Below, piece by piece: positions 38,151 to 48,893 of a stretch of DNA of 64,000 bases. Below the pieces are notes generated by a model. That model was not told where the DNA came from, made no database searches, and worked only from the letters and a program-made list of their open reading frames with translations. Source of the DNA: Chloroflexota bacterium (GTDB lineage Bacteria; Chloroflexota; Dehalococcoidia; Lucifugimonadales; UBA826); assembly GCA_003228105.1 (NCBI GenBank), contig QGNN01000001.1:6761-70760 (forward strand), given 5' to 3'. Both the position numbers and the translations under genes were made by a program. Numbering within the stretch: the first letter of the stretch is position 1; each line of letters begins with the position of its first letter.

Positions 38151-38765
38151 ATGGAACCTTTCGTTTCCTTAAATGCCAAACTAGCTCCTATTAATAGAGT
38201 TAATGTAGATACTGATCAAATCATTCCGAAACAATTTTTAAAGCGGGTTGAGAGAACAGGATTCGGTCAATTTTTGTTCAACGATTGGAGGTTTATGCCC
38301 GACGGTTCTGAGAATAAAGATTTTATTCTAAATCAAAAAAGATACAGTGCGGCTGAGATACTTGTGAGTGGAAGGAATTTCGGATGTGGTTCCTCTCGCG
38401 AGCACGCCCCGTGGGCCCTGCAAGACTACGGGTTTAAATGTATTATCGCTCCCAGTTTTGGGGATATTTTTTTCAGCAACTGTTTTCAAAATGGTGTTTT
38501 GCCAGTAGTTTTACCTGAAGATACAGTGGCTCAAATAATTGAGAATTCAGAAAATGATCCGGAATATAGGATTAATATAGATTTAGAATCACAAAGGATA
38601 TGGGATGAGAATGAGGAAGTAGTGGCTGAGTTTTCTATTGAACCATTCAGACGTCACTGCATGCTGAACGGACTAGATGATATAGGTCTTACCTTGGAAG
38701 ACGAGACGGATATAGCTGTATTCGAATCTGGGCGTTCGAACCGGGGGGGCATTTTAAGTATCTAG
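38151..38765 (+). CDS. leuD: 3-isopropylmalate dehydratase small subunit
   Basis: 204 aa with GRNFGCGSSREHAPWAL. Confidence 0.9.
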   Translation: MEPFVSLNAKLAPINRVNVDTDQIIPKQFLKRVERTGFGQFLFNDWRFMPDGSENKDFILNQKRYSAAEILVSGRNFGCGSSREHAPWALQDYGFKCIIAPSFGDIFFSNCFQNGVLPVVLPEDTVAQIIENSENDPEYRINIDLESQRIWDENEEVVAEFSIEPFRRHCMLNGLDDIGLTLEDETDIAVFESGRSNRGGILSI

Positions 38766-38786
38766 CCACATTTTGTGGGCCAATTT

Positions 38787-40550
38787 TCAGGTTCGTCTAA
38801 TGCCTTTGATTCGGTCTGTGATCGAGTGCTGAAGAAGATTCAATTCTCTGGTTACTGTACTTCTGAAATATGAACTGTATTCACCAATATTTTCAAATTT
38901 TTTATAGCGTTCCCTGAGTCTTTTTCTGGTCGAGTTGTTTTGAACTTCAAACAGTTGTTGTAATAATGCTCTTTTAAGCAATCTGGATGATTCATGATGA
39001 TCGGCGTGTGCACCACCGTCAGGTTCTGAAACGATTACGTCTACTATTCCAAGGGCTTTACAATCTGAAGCCGTGAGTTTTAGCGACTCAGCCGCTTCAT
39101 TCGCCCTGTTTTTGTCTCTATAAATAAGATTTGCGGCCTCTTCAGGTGATATGGCGGAAAAAATAGCATTTTCCATCATGATTACCCTGTCAGCTATTCC
39201 TAATGAAAGAGCCCCTCCGCTTCCACCTTCTCCAATCACCACTGCAATAGTAGGTGCTTTTTGATCAGCCAAAAGAGACATTGTCGTTGCGATGGAATGA
39301 GCGAGTCCTCGATTTTCTGCTTCCAGGGAAATATTCGCTCCTGGGGTGTCGATTAACGAAATTATTGGCAAATTGAATTTCTCGGCAATTTTTATAGCTC
39401 TCTGACATTTTCGGAACCCTTCTGGCAATATTCTTAATACTTCTCCCGACACGGGGTCTTTTGAACGATTCTGACCGATGATAACAACGGTTTGGCCTCC
39501 TAATTGCCCGATTCCACAGCTTATTGCCGGGTCGTCAGAATAGTGTTTATCCCCATGCATCTCCACAAAATTATCCAGTATGCGTGCCATATAATCCAAG
39601 GATGTAGGCCGTGATGTATGACGAGCTAATTGAACAGAATGCCAGGCCACATTTTTTGGATTATTAACAGAAATTTCACCACTTCTATTCGTTCTGTTTA
39701 AAGTAAATTCCTTTCGAAGGAGATCTAATATGACAGAGACAACTTCTCTTATCTCAGTTCGAGAAGCAATAGCATCAATCAGCCCGTGTTCGAGATGTGA
39801 CTCAGAGGTTTGGTGGTCAAAGTTGGGTGAATCATCTTTAGTTTGAGTTATACCTATAGGATTATATCCCAAAACAGCCCCTGGTTCAGCGATTGTTATA
39901 TCGGCTAGATTGGCAAAGCTGGCGAAAGCCTGTCCTGTAGATGGATTTGAGAAAATAGATATAAACGGTAATCTTTTGGAGTTATGCTTGTTGACTGCGA
40001 TCGTGGTTTTGGCCATCTGCATCAATGACAAAACTCCTTCTTGGATTCGAGACCCTCCTCCCGATATAATGGCCAATAGAGGCAATTTCTTCTTTTCGGC
40101 TGTTCCTACTGCAAGGGAAATTTTCTGTCCCACAGCACACCCCATGGACCCTCCCATAAATCCGAAATCGAATGAGATAATCATACAAATAATCCCATCA
40201 ATACTGCAGGTACCAGTCAAAACAGCCTCTGTGATTCCAGTCCGTTTTTGATCTTTATACAAGGTTTCCTTGTATGAAGCGGAAGATGTGAAGGAAATCG
40301 GGTCAACAGATACCAAATTTCTGTTAATTTCTTTAAATGATTCAAAATCAACTATAGAATTGACTCTGTCTCTAGCACTCATGCTGTAATGAAATCCACA
40401 GGTATCACATATTTTATACCTTTTATAAACATCTGATTTATTCAGATCAGAACTGCACATCAAACAGTATTTGTTTTCGTCCTGAACTGTTGTGTCGGAT
40501 TCATCTCTATTCAATAATCGGGACATCATACTCGAAAAATAACTAACCAT
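38787..40550 (-). CDS. acetyl-CoA carboxylase carboxyltransferase, fused beta (AccD) and alpha (AccA) subunits
   Basis: 587 aa. The N-terminal Zn ribbon CLMC...CDTC and GGSMG belong to AccD. The C-terminal half (GGQTVVIIGQNR...IISLIDTPGA...GEGGSGGAL) belongs to AccA. Confidence 0.8.
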   Translation of the reverse strand: MVSYFSSMMSRLLNRDESDTTVQDENKYCLMCSSDLNKSDVYKRYKICDTCGFHYSMSARDRVNSIVDFESFKEINRNLVSVDPISFTSSASYKETLYKDQKRTGITEAVLTGTCSIDGIICMIISFDFGFMGGSMGCAVGQKISLAVGTAEKKKLPLLAIISGGGSRIQEGVLSLMQMAKTTIAVNKHNSKRLPFISIFSNPSTGQAFASFANLADITIAEPGAVLGYNPIGITQTKDDSPNFDHQTSESHLEHGLIDAIASRTEIREVVSVILDLLRKEFTLNRTNRSGEISVNNPKNVAWHSVQLARHTSRPTSLDYMARILDNFVEMHGDKHYSDDPAISCGIGQLGGQTVVIIGQNRSKDPVSGEVLRILPEGFRKCQRAIKIAEKFNLPIISLIDTPGANISLEAENRGLAHSIATTMSLLADQKAPTIAVVIGEGGSGGALSLGIADRVIMMENAIFSAISPEEAANLIYRDKNRANEAAESLKLTASDCKALGIVDVIVSEPDGGAHADHHESSRLLKRALLQQLFEVQNNSTRKRLRERYKKFENIGEYSSYFRSTVTRELNLLQHSITDRIKGIRRT

Positions 40551-40591
40551 AATGCACCAATATTATTTTAGTAAGAAGGTAATATCTATTG

Positions 40592-43180
40592 TTAGGTTGA
40601 AGAAAGCACATCTCTTGATTTGGAACCATCACTAGGACCCACAACACCCATATCCTCTAATTCATCCATGAGACGTGCCGCCCTAGGATATCCAATTCTA
40701 AGCCTTCTTTGAAGTAATGAGGTAGACATTTTGGTATGTTTTTGAGCAAGGTTCATTGCTTTTTCAAACAGCTCATCTTGAGTGTTCGCTCCAATGGGGT
40801 CAGACCCCCTCATAGTGTCAGAGTTTTCATCGTTAAAGACGTTTAGGTCAATTTCTGCTTTGTATCCCCGCGGCGTGCTTGACCAATGATGAACTATATC
40901 TCCAATCTCCTCGTCTCCTATGAAAACATTTTGAACTCTTGCAGGCCTTGTGGCATCTATCGGCTGGTAGAGCATGTCACCTCGCCCCAATAATCGTTCC
41001 GCCCCCATCGAGTCAAGGATGGTCCGGGAATCTATTTGAGAAGCTACAGCGAAGCTAATCCTGCTTGGGAAGTTAGCTTTTATTAGCCCAGTTATCACAT
41101 CGACAGAGGGTCTTTGAGTTGCGACTATCAAATGAATTCCCGTGGCCCTACCTAGCTGTGCTAACCGGCAGATAGATTGCTCTATATCGAAGGCAGCGGT
41201 CATCATCAAATCAGCCAATTCGTCTATGGCGACGACGATGTAAGGCATTTTCACACCGCCTTTACTGTTAAATGAAGCTATATTTCGTACCCCTGTTTCC
41301 TCCATGCGCCGATACCTATTCATCATTTCTTGGATCAATCCCTTGAGGATTCCCACGACCTTATCATTTTCCACTATGACAGGAGTCATTAAATGCGGGA
41401 TACCGTTGTATGGAGTTAGTTCTACTCTTTTTGGGTCTATGAGAAGCAACTGCATTTCTGAAGGATCTTTTTCCATAATCAGGCCAGTTATTATTGCGTT
41501 GATGCAAACACTTTTGCCGCTTCCCGTGGCTCCTGCGATTAATAAATGAGGCATATTAGATAGATCAAAGGAAACTTCTTCTCCATCAGAACCTTTTCCA
41601 AGAGCTACAGGTAAGTGACTGTTCTTTGCCAATGACGTGTACGGTGCACTTTCCATAACATTTTTTAATGCCACAAGACTTGGAGTATGATTGGGCACTT
41701 CAATGCCTAAAAGAGATTCCCCCATCACTGGAGTTTCGATCCTAAGACTGGGAGTTTTTAGAGCTAATGATAAATCCTTTTCCCTACGCAAAATGCTATC
41801 TACGCTGACTCGAGTTTTTTCTTCCTGTTGAACCATAGCGGGTTTTCCATTTACATCTAATTCAAGGTTACCATCCTCGTCTCTAGATTTAACCCTCTTT
41901 ACTTTTCTGACCCATCCAGGTTGAATTCCGTACATGGTTACAGTTGGGCCAGGTCTGACTTTTTCTACTGCTATTTCTATTTTGTAGTCGGCGAATGTGT
42001 TTTTGATGGTGTTCGCAGTGTCGCGTATTTCATCATTACTGATACCACCTTCTGATATTCCAGAAAGCAGGTTCATATCTGGAAGCTTCCAAGAAGTTGA
42101 CACACTGGCCGAATTTAGGAGTAGGTTATTCAATTTTTTGCTCTTATCCACATCAGGATCTGCTTTAAATTCGACCAAATTATTAATTTGTGAGTCTGTT
42201 TTGAGCGACAGATCTTCTTTTGAGGAAGACTTGGACCAGTATTTATTGAATTTATTGGGATCAGAGGTTGTACTTTCCGTATTTATCAGATCTGACTCAG
42301 CCTGAACAGGTTCTAAGGTTGTTTCATCTACATTGGTAGTAGACCCTTCTTCGGCTGGGGTTAGTTGATTTATCGTGACGTTAGATGAAGAAACATAGCT
42401 AGAAAGGAGATCATTGGTAGAAGGTGTCGAATTGGGTAGGATTGGGACCTTAATTGGTGTTTCAATCAGAGTATTTTGAATACTAGGTTTGTTCATCATA
42501 GGGGCGTTTTTGATAATCTGACTCTCTTTTATATGGGGAGTAAGAACTTCAGGTGGCATGGGCACGAAGGGTTTGGGTTCTTTTTTCTCAGACGTATTTT
42601 TTGAAGCCTTTTTATTGAAAATGCTTAAGTATACGAATTTTGCAACCAGTCCTAATGACCAAACGGACAGTACCATGATCTGCCAGGATTTAACCGAAAT
42701 AGGTGGTTTGATTATTACCAATCCAACGTAGAATAACGAGAATGTTCTCAACCAGCCCATTAACGAGTTTCCGCCAATTATGTGAAGTCCAACCTCCCCA
42801 CCGATGGATCCTTCTCCGATATTTGAAATTATTTCAATAGCAGAAAAATCTATAAAACTTATCGCTCCCCACAAAGATCCAGTTATTATTAAAGTACCAA
42901 CAATTTCTCTGAGATAATTCGAGAGTATACGCTTAATTTTTTGTAAACCAGACACGATACCAATAGCAATTAACCAAAAGCAAGGCAAAATAATTCCAAG
43001 TCCAGTCCATTCGACAAAAGAACTTATGTAACCAGTCAGGAACCCAGGTATTTGTGATTCAAAGAATGCAGTTGCAATTATTGAACTGGCACATACGGCT
43101 GCAATTGCAACCCAAAATAAAATAATAGAGGGATTGAGTGGGATGATGCTAGATTGGTTATCATCAATATTTCCGTTCAT
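40592..43180 (-). CDS. ftsK: DNA translocase FtsK/SpoIIIE
   Basis: 862 aa with N-terminal TM segments, a low-complexity S/T/N/P linker, Walker A GATGSGKS, ATQRPSVDVITG and the C-terminal gamma wHTH LLQRRLRIGYPRAARLMDELE. Confidence 0.9.
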   Translation of the reverse strand: MNGNIDDNQSSIIPLNPSIILFWVAIAAVCASSIIATAFFESQIPGFLTGYISSFVEWTGLGIILPCFWLIAIGIVSGLQKIKRILSNYLREIVGTLIITGSLWGAISFIDFSAIEIISNIGEGSIGGEVGLHIIGGNSLMGWLRTFSLFYVGLVIIKPPISVKSWQIMVLSVWSLGLVAKFVYLSIFNKKASKNTSEKKEPKPFVPMPPEVLTPHIKESQIIKNAPMMNKPSIQNTLIETPIKVPILPNSTPSTNDLLSSYVSSSNVTINQLTPAEEGSTTNVDETTLEPVQAESDLINTESTTSDPNKFNKYWSKSSSKEDLSLKTDSQINNLVEFKADPDVDKSKKLNNLLLNSASVSTSWKLPDMNLLSGISEGGISNDEIRDTANTIKNTFADYKIEIAVEKVRPGPTVTMYGIQPGWVRKVKRVKSRDEDGNLELDVNGKPAMVQQEEKTRVSVDSILRREKDLSLALKTPSLRIETPVMGESLLGIEVPNHTPSLVALKNVMESAPYTSLAKNSHLPVALGKGSDGEEVSFDLSNMPHLLIAGATGSGKSVCINAIITGLIMEKDPSEMQLLLIDPKRVELTPYNGIPHLMTPVIVENDKVVGILKGLIQEMMNRYRRMEETGVRNIASFNSKGGVKMPYIVVAIDELADLMMTAAFDIEQSICRLAQLGRATGIHLIVATQRPSVDVITGLIKANFPSRISFAVASQIDSRTILDSMGAERLLGRGDMLYQPIDATRPARVQNVFIGDEEIGDIVHHWSSTPRGYKAEIDLNVFNDENSDTMRGSDPIGANTQDELFEKAMNLAQKHTKMSTSLLQRRLRIGYPRAARLMDELEDMGVVGPSDGSKSRDVLSST

Positions 43181-43283
43181 ATTATACCTGTCACGTGTGT
43201 CTAAACAGGAACAAGAGCAAATAAATCCTGTAATTTAGTCTAGTAAAATATGGGCAGTTTAGGCTAGCAGAGTTTGTACTAAT

Positions 43284-44636
43284 TTATTTGAGTTTTGGTG
43301 GGCCTGAACCATCAATATATATGGTCCCAGAGTGAACTTTGTTTCCCAGTGTTGCTTTACTGCCTGTGAATTCCACAGTTTCTCCATCTTCAATCAAAAA
43401 AATATTCTTCCTTTCTACTCCACTTTTTTCTGCGATATTTGCATGAGCCACTAGATGTCTTGTCTCCCCATGAATGGGTATAAAATATTTAGGTTTAACA
43501 AGCTCTATCATATGCCTTAAATCTTCTTTACTGCCGTGTCCATGTACGTGAACAAGAGATATGTTTTGATATATTACTTGTCCGCCCTGTCGGAACAGAT
43601 TATTTATCATATGGGAATATTTAATTTCATTCCCAGGGATCGGAGATGAAGATATAACTATGGTGTCACCTTTTTTTATTGAAACATCGCTATGCTCTCT
43701 GCGGGAAATTAACCCCATGGCAGAACTGCTTTCACCCTGTGCACCGGTTGTTATAAGCAAAACCTGATGGTCGGGTAATTTTTTCGAGTCTTTTAGGGGT
43801 ATAACGATGTTTTGGGGATCAACTACATAACCTAAATCGAGAGCGACTTTAAGATTCCTATTCATGCTTCGACCGACCACAGATACCTTACGACCTAGTA
43901 CTGAGGAAATAGTGATTATTTGTTGAATTCTAGAAAGTAAGGAAGAAAATGTTGCAATTAATACTCTACCTTTAGATCGTGAAATTATCTGGTTTAGTTT
44001 TTCCTCCAGCATAGATTCAGAATCCGTAAAACCATCCTTTTCAGCGTAAGTCGAGTCCGAACATAAAATCAGATTAGTGTTTGAAGATAAATTGGATAGA
44101 TATTCAAAATCAACAGGGTTACCAAGTGTCGGGTTATCATCGAACTTAAAATCCCCCGTATGAACTAATAAACCTACAGGACTTTTCAAGGCTATTCCTG
44201 CGGCGTCCGGAATGGAATGACATACGGGAAAAAATTGAAATTCGAAGCATCCTAAAGAATATGAGTCATAAAATTTTATAATATGTAAGTCATGTTGATT
44301 CTTATTTCCGAGTTTAAACTTGATAAATTCGCTAGTTAATTTACTTGAATATACAGGCACATTAAAATTATTTAGAAAATGTGATAAGCCACCGATGTGA
44401 TCGTCATGTCCATGGGTGATTAATACACCTAAAATCATATGTTTTCTTTCATTTAAATAGGTTGTATCGGGCACCCCGAAACTGTATGTGGGCTTAATTT
44501 CTGAAGGAAACGCTATGCCAGCATCAATTATTATAATCTGGTCATCATATTCAACGGCCATCATGTTTTTACCGATTTCTCCCAGGCCTCCAAGGGGTAT
44601 TACCTTCAATGTTTTGTTATTCAAAAGGATCTCCAA
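43284..44636 (-). CDS. rnj: RNase J-family metallo-beta-lactamase/beta-CASP ribonuclease (no C-terminal domain)
   Basis: 450 aa with IPLGGLGEIGKNMMAVEY and HGHDDHIGG. It ends where the roughly 100-aa C-terminal domain of Bacillus RNase J would begin. TTG start. Confidence 0.75.
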   Translation of the reverse strand: MEILLNNKTLKVIPLGGLGEIGKNMMAVEYDDQIIIIDAGIAFPSEIKPTYSFGVPDTTYLNERKHMILGVLITHGHDDHIGGLSHFLNNFNVPVYSSKLTSEFIKFKLGNKNQHDLHIIKFYDSYSLGCFEFQFFPVCHSIPDAAGIALKSPVGLLVHTGDFKFDDNPTLGNPVDFEYLSNLSSNTNLILCSDSTYAEKDGFTDSESMLEEKLNQIISRSKGRVLIATFSSLLSRIQQIITISSVLGRKVSVVGRSMNRNLKVALDLGYVVDPQNIVIPLKDSKKLPDHQVLLITTGAQGESSSAMGLISRREHSDVSIKKGDTIVISSSPIPGNEIKYSHMINNLFRQGGQVIYQNISLVHVHGHGSKEDLRHMIELVKPKYFIPIHGETRHLVAHANIAEKSGVERKNIFLIEDGETVEFTGSKATLGNKVHSGTIYIDGSGPPKLK

Positions 44637-45252
44637 ATAAACTTACTTGAGTGGCCGGATACTTTTGCGGTTGGTCGGAAATGGATGGTGAACTTATATT
44701 GATCAAGGAAGGGATTTGTTGAAAATCTTGTAACAATTTAGGTTTCAGGCTTGGATTATAAAGGGCCGCTGCTGGATGATACATCGGTAATATCTTAATA
44801 CCATTCCATTCACGGACAATTCCTCTAGCTTTACTCAATGTTATGTTCGGGAAGAATTTTGAAAAAGAAAATCTTCCCAACGTGATTATTATGGAGGGGT
44901 TGATCAACGAAATTTGCAAGGCTAGATATGGTTCACATGAATTGATCTCGGTTTGTTGCGGGTCTCTATTACTAGGTGGCCGGCACTTGAGCGTATTTGT
45001 GATGTATATTTGAGATCTTTTTATACTGACTGAATCAAGGAGTTCATTTAGCAAATTTCCGGCCCTACCGGCAAAAGGTCTACCTGTTTTGTCTTCATTA
45101 GAACCGGGAGCTTCTCCTATCATCATAACTTGTGCATCATAATTACCTTCGCCGGGTACAGTACGGTTTCTAGATTTTGATAATCCACAATTTTCGCATT
45201 GAGACACTGTGTGCTCCAAGGCAGTAATTGTGGTTGGTTTTAGGTTACTCAA
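44617..45252 (-). CDS. uracil-DNA glycosylase, family 4
   Basis: 211 aa. The N-terminal CENCGL Fe-S cysteines, GEAPGSNEDKTGRPFAGRAGNLL and HPAAALYNP are present. Confidence 0.8.
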   Translation of the reverse strand: MSNLKPTTITALEHTVSQCENCGLSKSRNRTVPGEGNYDAQVMMIGEAPGSNEDKTGRPFAGRAGNLLNELLDSVSIKRSQIYITNTLKCRPPSNRDPQQTEINSCEPYLALQISLINPSIIITLGRFSFSKFFPNITLSKARGIVREWNGIKILPMYHPAAALYNPSLKPKLLQDFQQIPSLINISSPSISDQPQKYPATQVSLFGDPFE

Positions 45253-45370
45253 TTTGGCTATTTCACCCTGTGCTTTCTTGAAGTGCTTCTTATATTAACT
45301 TATATTTCTTATATCTAGACCTGTTTCGCCACATATTAGAAATGACCGCAACTTTTTATGGATTTAGTTT

Positions 45371-46216
45371 ATGTTAAGAAAATCTGGAATCCTAGGGTAT
45401 CCGTTAGGACATTCAATATCACCGTATTTCCAAAATGCAGCTTTTGGATTTTTGGGTATAGAGGCATCCTACCAAGCTTGGGCAACTAAGCCAGAAGACT
45501 TATCTGATAAGGTGAACGCTTTGAGAAGTACTTCTTTTATGGGTGCGAATGTAACCATTCCCTATAAAGAAGCTGTCATAGAGTTGTTGGATGAAATAGA
45601 TGATTGGGCGGAGAAGGTAGGTTCAGTGAATACCGTAGTTAATGATTCCGGTACTTTGGTGGGATATAACACTGACACCGTGGGATTTATTCAAGCTATT
45701 TCAGAATATGGAAATTATGATCCCTCAGGAGAAGCTGTGCTGTTAATAGGAGCAGGAGGTGCTGCCAGGGCTGCAGCCTACGCATTGGTGGGAAACAAAG
45801 TAGGTTCCTTGGTGATAGCAAATCGGACCTACCAGAGGGCTGAGAAATTAGCGTCTGAATTTTCTGCCAAAGACAAAGTTAGTCCTGTATTATTAAATAG
45901 TCCTGGTTTTTTGAAAGCTGTAGATTCGGCATCTCTAATCGTCAATTCAACCGCTATAGGAATGAAACATACCTCAGTTGAAAACAGTAATCCACTAGAG
46001 GGTATTAATGTCAAAGCGGGTGTTTTAGTAAATGATATGGTGTATAACCCACTTAAAACTCCTATGTTGGTACATGCAGCTGAAACGGGAGCTAAAATAC
46101 TGACGGGTCTACCGATGCTCGTTCTACAGGGAGCTGCATCTTTTAATCTTTGGACGGGTAAAGAAGCACCAGTTGATGTGATGATTTTGGCAGCCCAAGA
46201 AGCATTGTCAGATTAA
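45371..46216 (+). CDS. aroE: shikimate dehydrogenase
   Basis: 281 aa with GYPLGHSISPYFQNAAF, NVTIPYK, NTD and GAGGAARA. Confidence 0.85.
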   Translation: MLRKSGILGYPLGHSISPYFQNAAFGFLGIEASYQAWATKPEDLSDKVNALRSTSFMGANVTIPYKEAVIELLDEIDDWAEKVGSVNTVVNDSGTLVGYNTDTVGFIQAISEYGNYDPSGEAVLLIGAGGAARAAAYALVGNKVGSLVIANRTYQRAEKLASEFSAKDKVSPVLLNSPGFLKAVDSASLIVNSTAIGMKHTSVENSNPLEGINVKAGVLVNDMVYNPLKTPMLVHAAETGAKILTGLPMLVLQGAASFNLWTGKEAPVDVMILAAQEALSD

Positions 46217-48816
46217 TTCAAGGTTTTGGTCTGATCCTTTAATGACTGTAATTTGATCAATGCTTCCAATGGTGTCATAGCATCTATATCAGTGTTTGAC
46301 AGTTCTTCTTCTAGCCAATTACGGTGAGTAAACATTTGTGTTTGGAATGGTTTTTCGGCACTTTCGTTCAATGTGGATGCAATTGAGCTTTTATCATTTT
46401 CCAGCATTGCTAATATCTCCCACGCCCTTCCTACGATTTTTGGCGGGAGGCCTGCCAATTTGGCTACATGTACCCCGTAACTTTTATCTGCTCCCCCAGG
46501 TAACAGTTGCCTTAAGAATATGAGTTCACTATTTATGTCCGAAACGGATACGTGCAAGTTAGTTATTCTGTCTAGATGCTTGGATAACTCAGTCATTTCA
46601 TGATAATGAGTGGCGAATAATGTTTTACATCCTAGAGTTTTTTCCTCATGGATAAACTCTGTTACTGCTTGAGCTATTGCAAGCCCATCGTACGTGCTAG
46701 TGCCCCTACCAATTTCGTCGAGAATAATCAAGGATTTCTTAGTTGCTTGGTTTAGAATGGACGCTGTTTCTAACATCTCTACCATGAAAGTTGATTGGCC
46801 TTTTGTAAGATCATCCTGCAGACCCACCCTTGTAAATATTCTATCTACAATTCCTATTGTGGCAGATTCAGCCGGTATGAAACTGCCGATTTGAGCCATC
46901 AATGTAAGAATACCAACCTGGCGAAGATAGGTGGATTTACCAGACATATTTGGGCCGGTTATCAGCAATATTTGATTGAATGTATTCGACACATTTGTAT
47001 CGTTAGGCACAAACTCCCCAGGGCCCACTATTTGTTCTATTACGGGATGTCTGCCTGATTTGATATCGATTGTGTCTGAGTTATTAAGAATTGGTTTAAT
47101 GTAATTACGCTCCGACGCAATTCTTGATAGAGAATAAAACAGATCCATGAGTGAAATCGCATATGATGTTTTCAGTAGTGCTTCCAGATGCATAGATATA
47201 TTTGAACAAATCTCTTCAAATAATCTTTTCTCAACTTCTTCTATTTTTGAACCTGCGTTGAGTATGACTGCTTCATAGTCTTTCATTTCTGGTGTGATGT
47301 ATCGTTCACCTCCCACCAGGGTTTGGCGGCGCACATAATCTGGGGGGACTTGGGAGATATACGATTTGCTCACTTCAAGGTAATACCCGAAGACCTTGTT
47401 ATAGCCAATTTTCAACGATTTAATTCCCGTTTCCTCTCTTTCACGAGATTCAATGTTAGCCATGTTAGCTTTGGCTGCGGTGGATTCTTGCTTTAATAAA
47501 TCCAAAGTCCTAGAGAAACCAGCTTTGATTGTTCTTCCTTCCCCTACAGATGGAGGAGATTCAGGTTCAATAGATTTTGTAATCAATTCATATGGGATTG
47601 AATTATCACTAAATTCATTGAGAACCCAAAAAGTTTCCTCGTTTTCGATTTGCTTGCCTGCTATGGAAATAAGTTCAGGTATAACTCCCAAACTGTTACC
47701 TAGACCGGTTAGATCCCTTGGCCCCGCTGTACCCATTTTTACCTTTGTTGCAAGGCGCTCAATATCCGATATGGAAGTTAAAATTTTTGCGATTTGATTC
47801 CTTCGTATCGGGTCTTTCATAAACCATTCTATGGCTTTCTGTCTTTCCTCAAGTAAATCTAATTCTAGAAGAGGTTGTCCTAGCCATTTCCGGAGTAGTC
47901 TTCCTCCCATTGGTGTTTGGGTTTTATCTAATGTTGAGTACAAAGAGGATTCTTGAGAATTCTCTCTACCACTTGAAAAAATTTCCAAATTACGACTCGT
48001 TTGTTCATCAAGAGACATAAATGGTTGTGTAGAATATGTTTTCAATGTGGGAATGGTTTTTAATGCGGACCGCTGATGTGTTTTCAAATACTCAATAATT
48101 TGAGCTGCTGCTTCGATTCCAAGGGTGAGTTTGTCGCAGCCAAACGATTCCAGCGAAGCCACTTTGAAGTTTTGTTCGACTATTTTGCGAGAGTTATTAG
48201 CAATGCTCCTTTCTTCATCTAGCAAAGTAATATGAGCATTTATGTTCTCAGAAATGTGCCCTGGCAAAGGCTTAGATAATATTACTTCTCTCGGATTTAT
48301 CCTATTTATTTCAGTGGTTAAATCTTCAATTTGTATCTCGGTTGTCAAGGATTCTGTTGTTGTAATGTCTACATAGGCAACCCCTACGGAATGGTCTTTG
48401 ATAACTATCGAGGCAAGATAGTTGTTGACATTTTTTTCTAAAAGCTGATCTTCCGTTATTGTGCCTGGAGTCACAATTCGAACCACTTCCCTGTCGACGA
48501 TACCTTTTGAGGCACTTGGATCGCTAGTTTGTTCACAAATCGCGATTCGGTGTCCTTTGGAGATCAATTTGGATAGATATCCGTCAAGAGAATGATATGG
48601 AATCCCGGCTAATGGAACTTTCTCACCTTTCCCCATTTCCCTAGAGGTTAAAGCGATTTCAAGATCTTTCGCAACCACTTTGGCGTCATCGTCAAAGGTT
48701 TCGTAGAAATCCCCCATCCTGAAGAGCAGAATATCGTTTGGGTGATTTGATTTGATGTCCAAATATTGTTGTCGAGCCGGGGTCGCCATAGAGAATACGT
48801 CCATATGAGGATGCAC
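46213..48816 (-). CDS. mutS: DNA mismatch repair protein MutS
   Basis: 867 aa with the N-terminal mismatch-binding RMGDFYETF, Walker A GPNMSGKSTYLRQ and DEIGRGTSTYDG. Confidence 0.95.
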   Translation of the reverse strand: MHPHMDVFSMATPARQQYLDIKSNHPNDILLFRMGDFYETFDDDAKVVAKDLEIALTSREMGKGEKVPLAGIPYHSLDGYLSKLISKGHRIAICEQTSDPSASKGIVDREVVRIVTPGTITEDQLLEKNVNNYLASIVIKDHSVGVAYVDITTTESLTTEIQIEDLTTEINRINPREVILSKPLPGHISENINAHITLLDEERSIANNSRKIVEQNFKVASLESFGCDKLTLGIEAAAQIIEYLKTHQRSALKTIPTLKTYSTQPFMSLDEQTSRNLEIFSSGRENSQESSLYSTLDKTQTPMGGRLLRKWLGQPLLELDLLEERQKAIEWFMKDPIRRNQIAKILTSISDIERLATKVKMGTAGPRDLTGLGNSLGVIPELISIAGKQIENEETFWVLNEFSDNSIPYELITKSIEPESPPSVGEGRTIKAGFSRTLDLLKQESTAAKANMANIESREREETGIKSLKIGYNKVFGYYLEVSKSYISQVPPDYVRRQTLVGGERYITPEMKDYEAVILNAGSKIEEVEKRLFEEICSNISMHLEALLKTSYAISLMDLFYSLSRIASERNYIKPILNNSDTIDIKSGRHPVIEQIVGPGEFVPNDTNVSNTFNQILLITGPNMSGKSTYLRQVGILTLMAQIGSFIPAESATIGIVDRIFTRVGLQDDLTKGQSTFMVEMLETASILNQATKKSLIILDEIGRGTSTYDGLAIAQAVTEFIHEEKTLGCKTLFATHYHEMTELSKHLDRITNLHVSVSDINSELIFLRQLLPGGADKSYGVHVAKLAGLPPKIVGRAWEILAMLENDKSSIASTLNESAEKPFQTQMFTHRNWLEEELSNTDIDAMTPLEALIKLQSLKDQTKTLN

Positions 48817-48893
48817 AGCATTTTAACTAAAAATCAAAGTAAAAATATTTATATTATTGAAAGTCCGACTAATGAGTTAACTTTAACTCTGGT

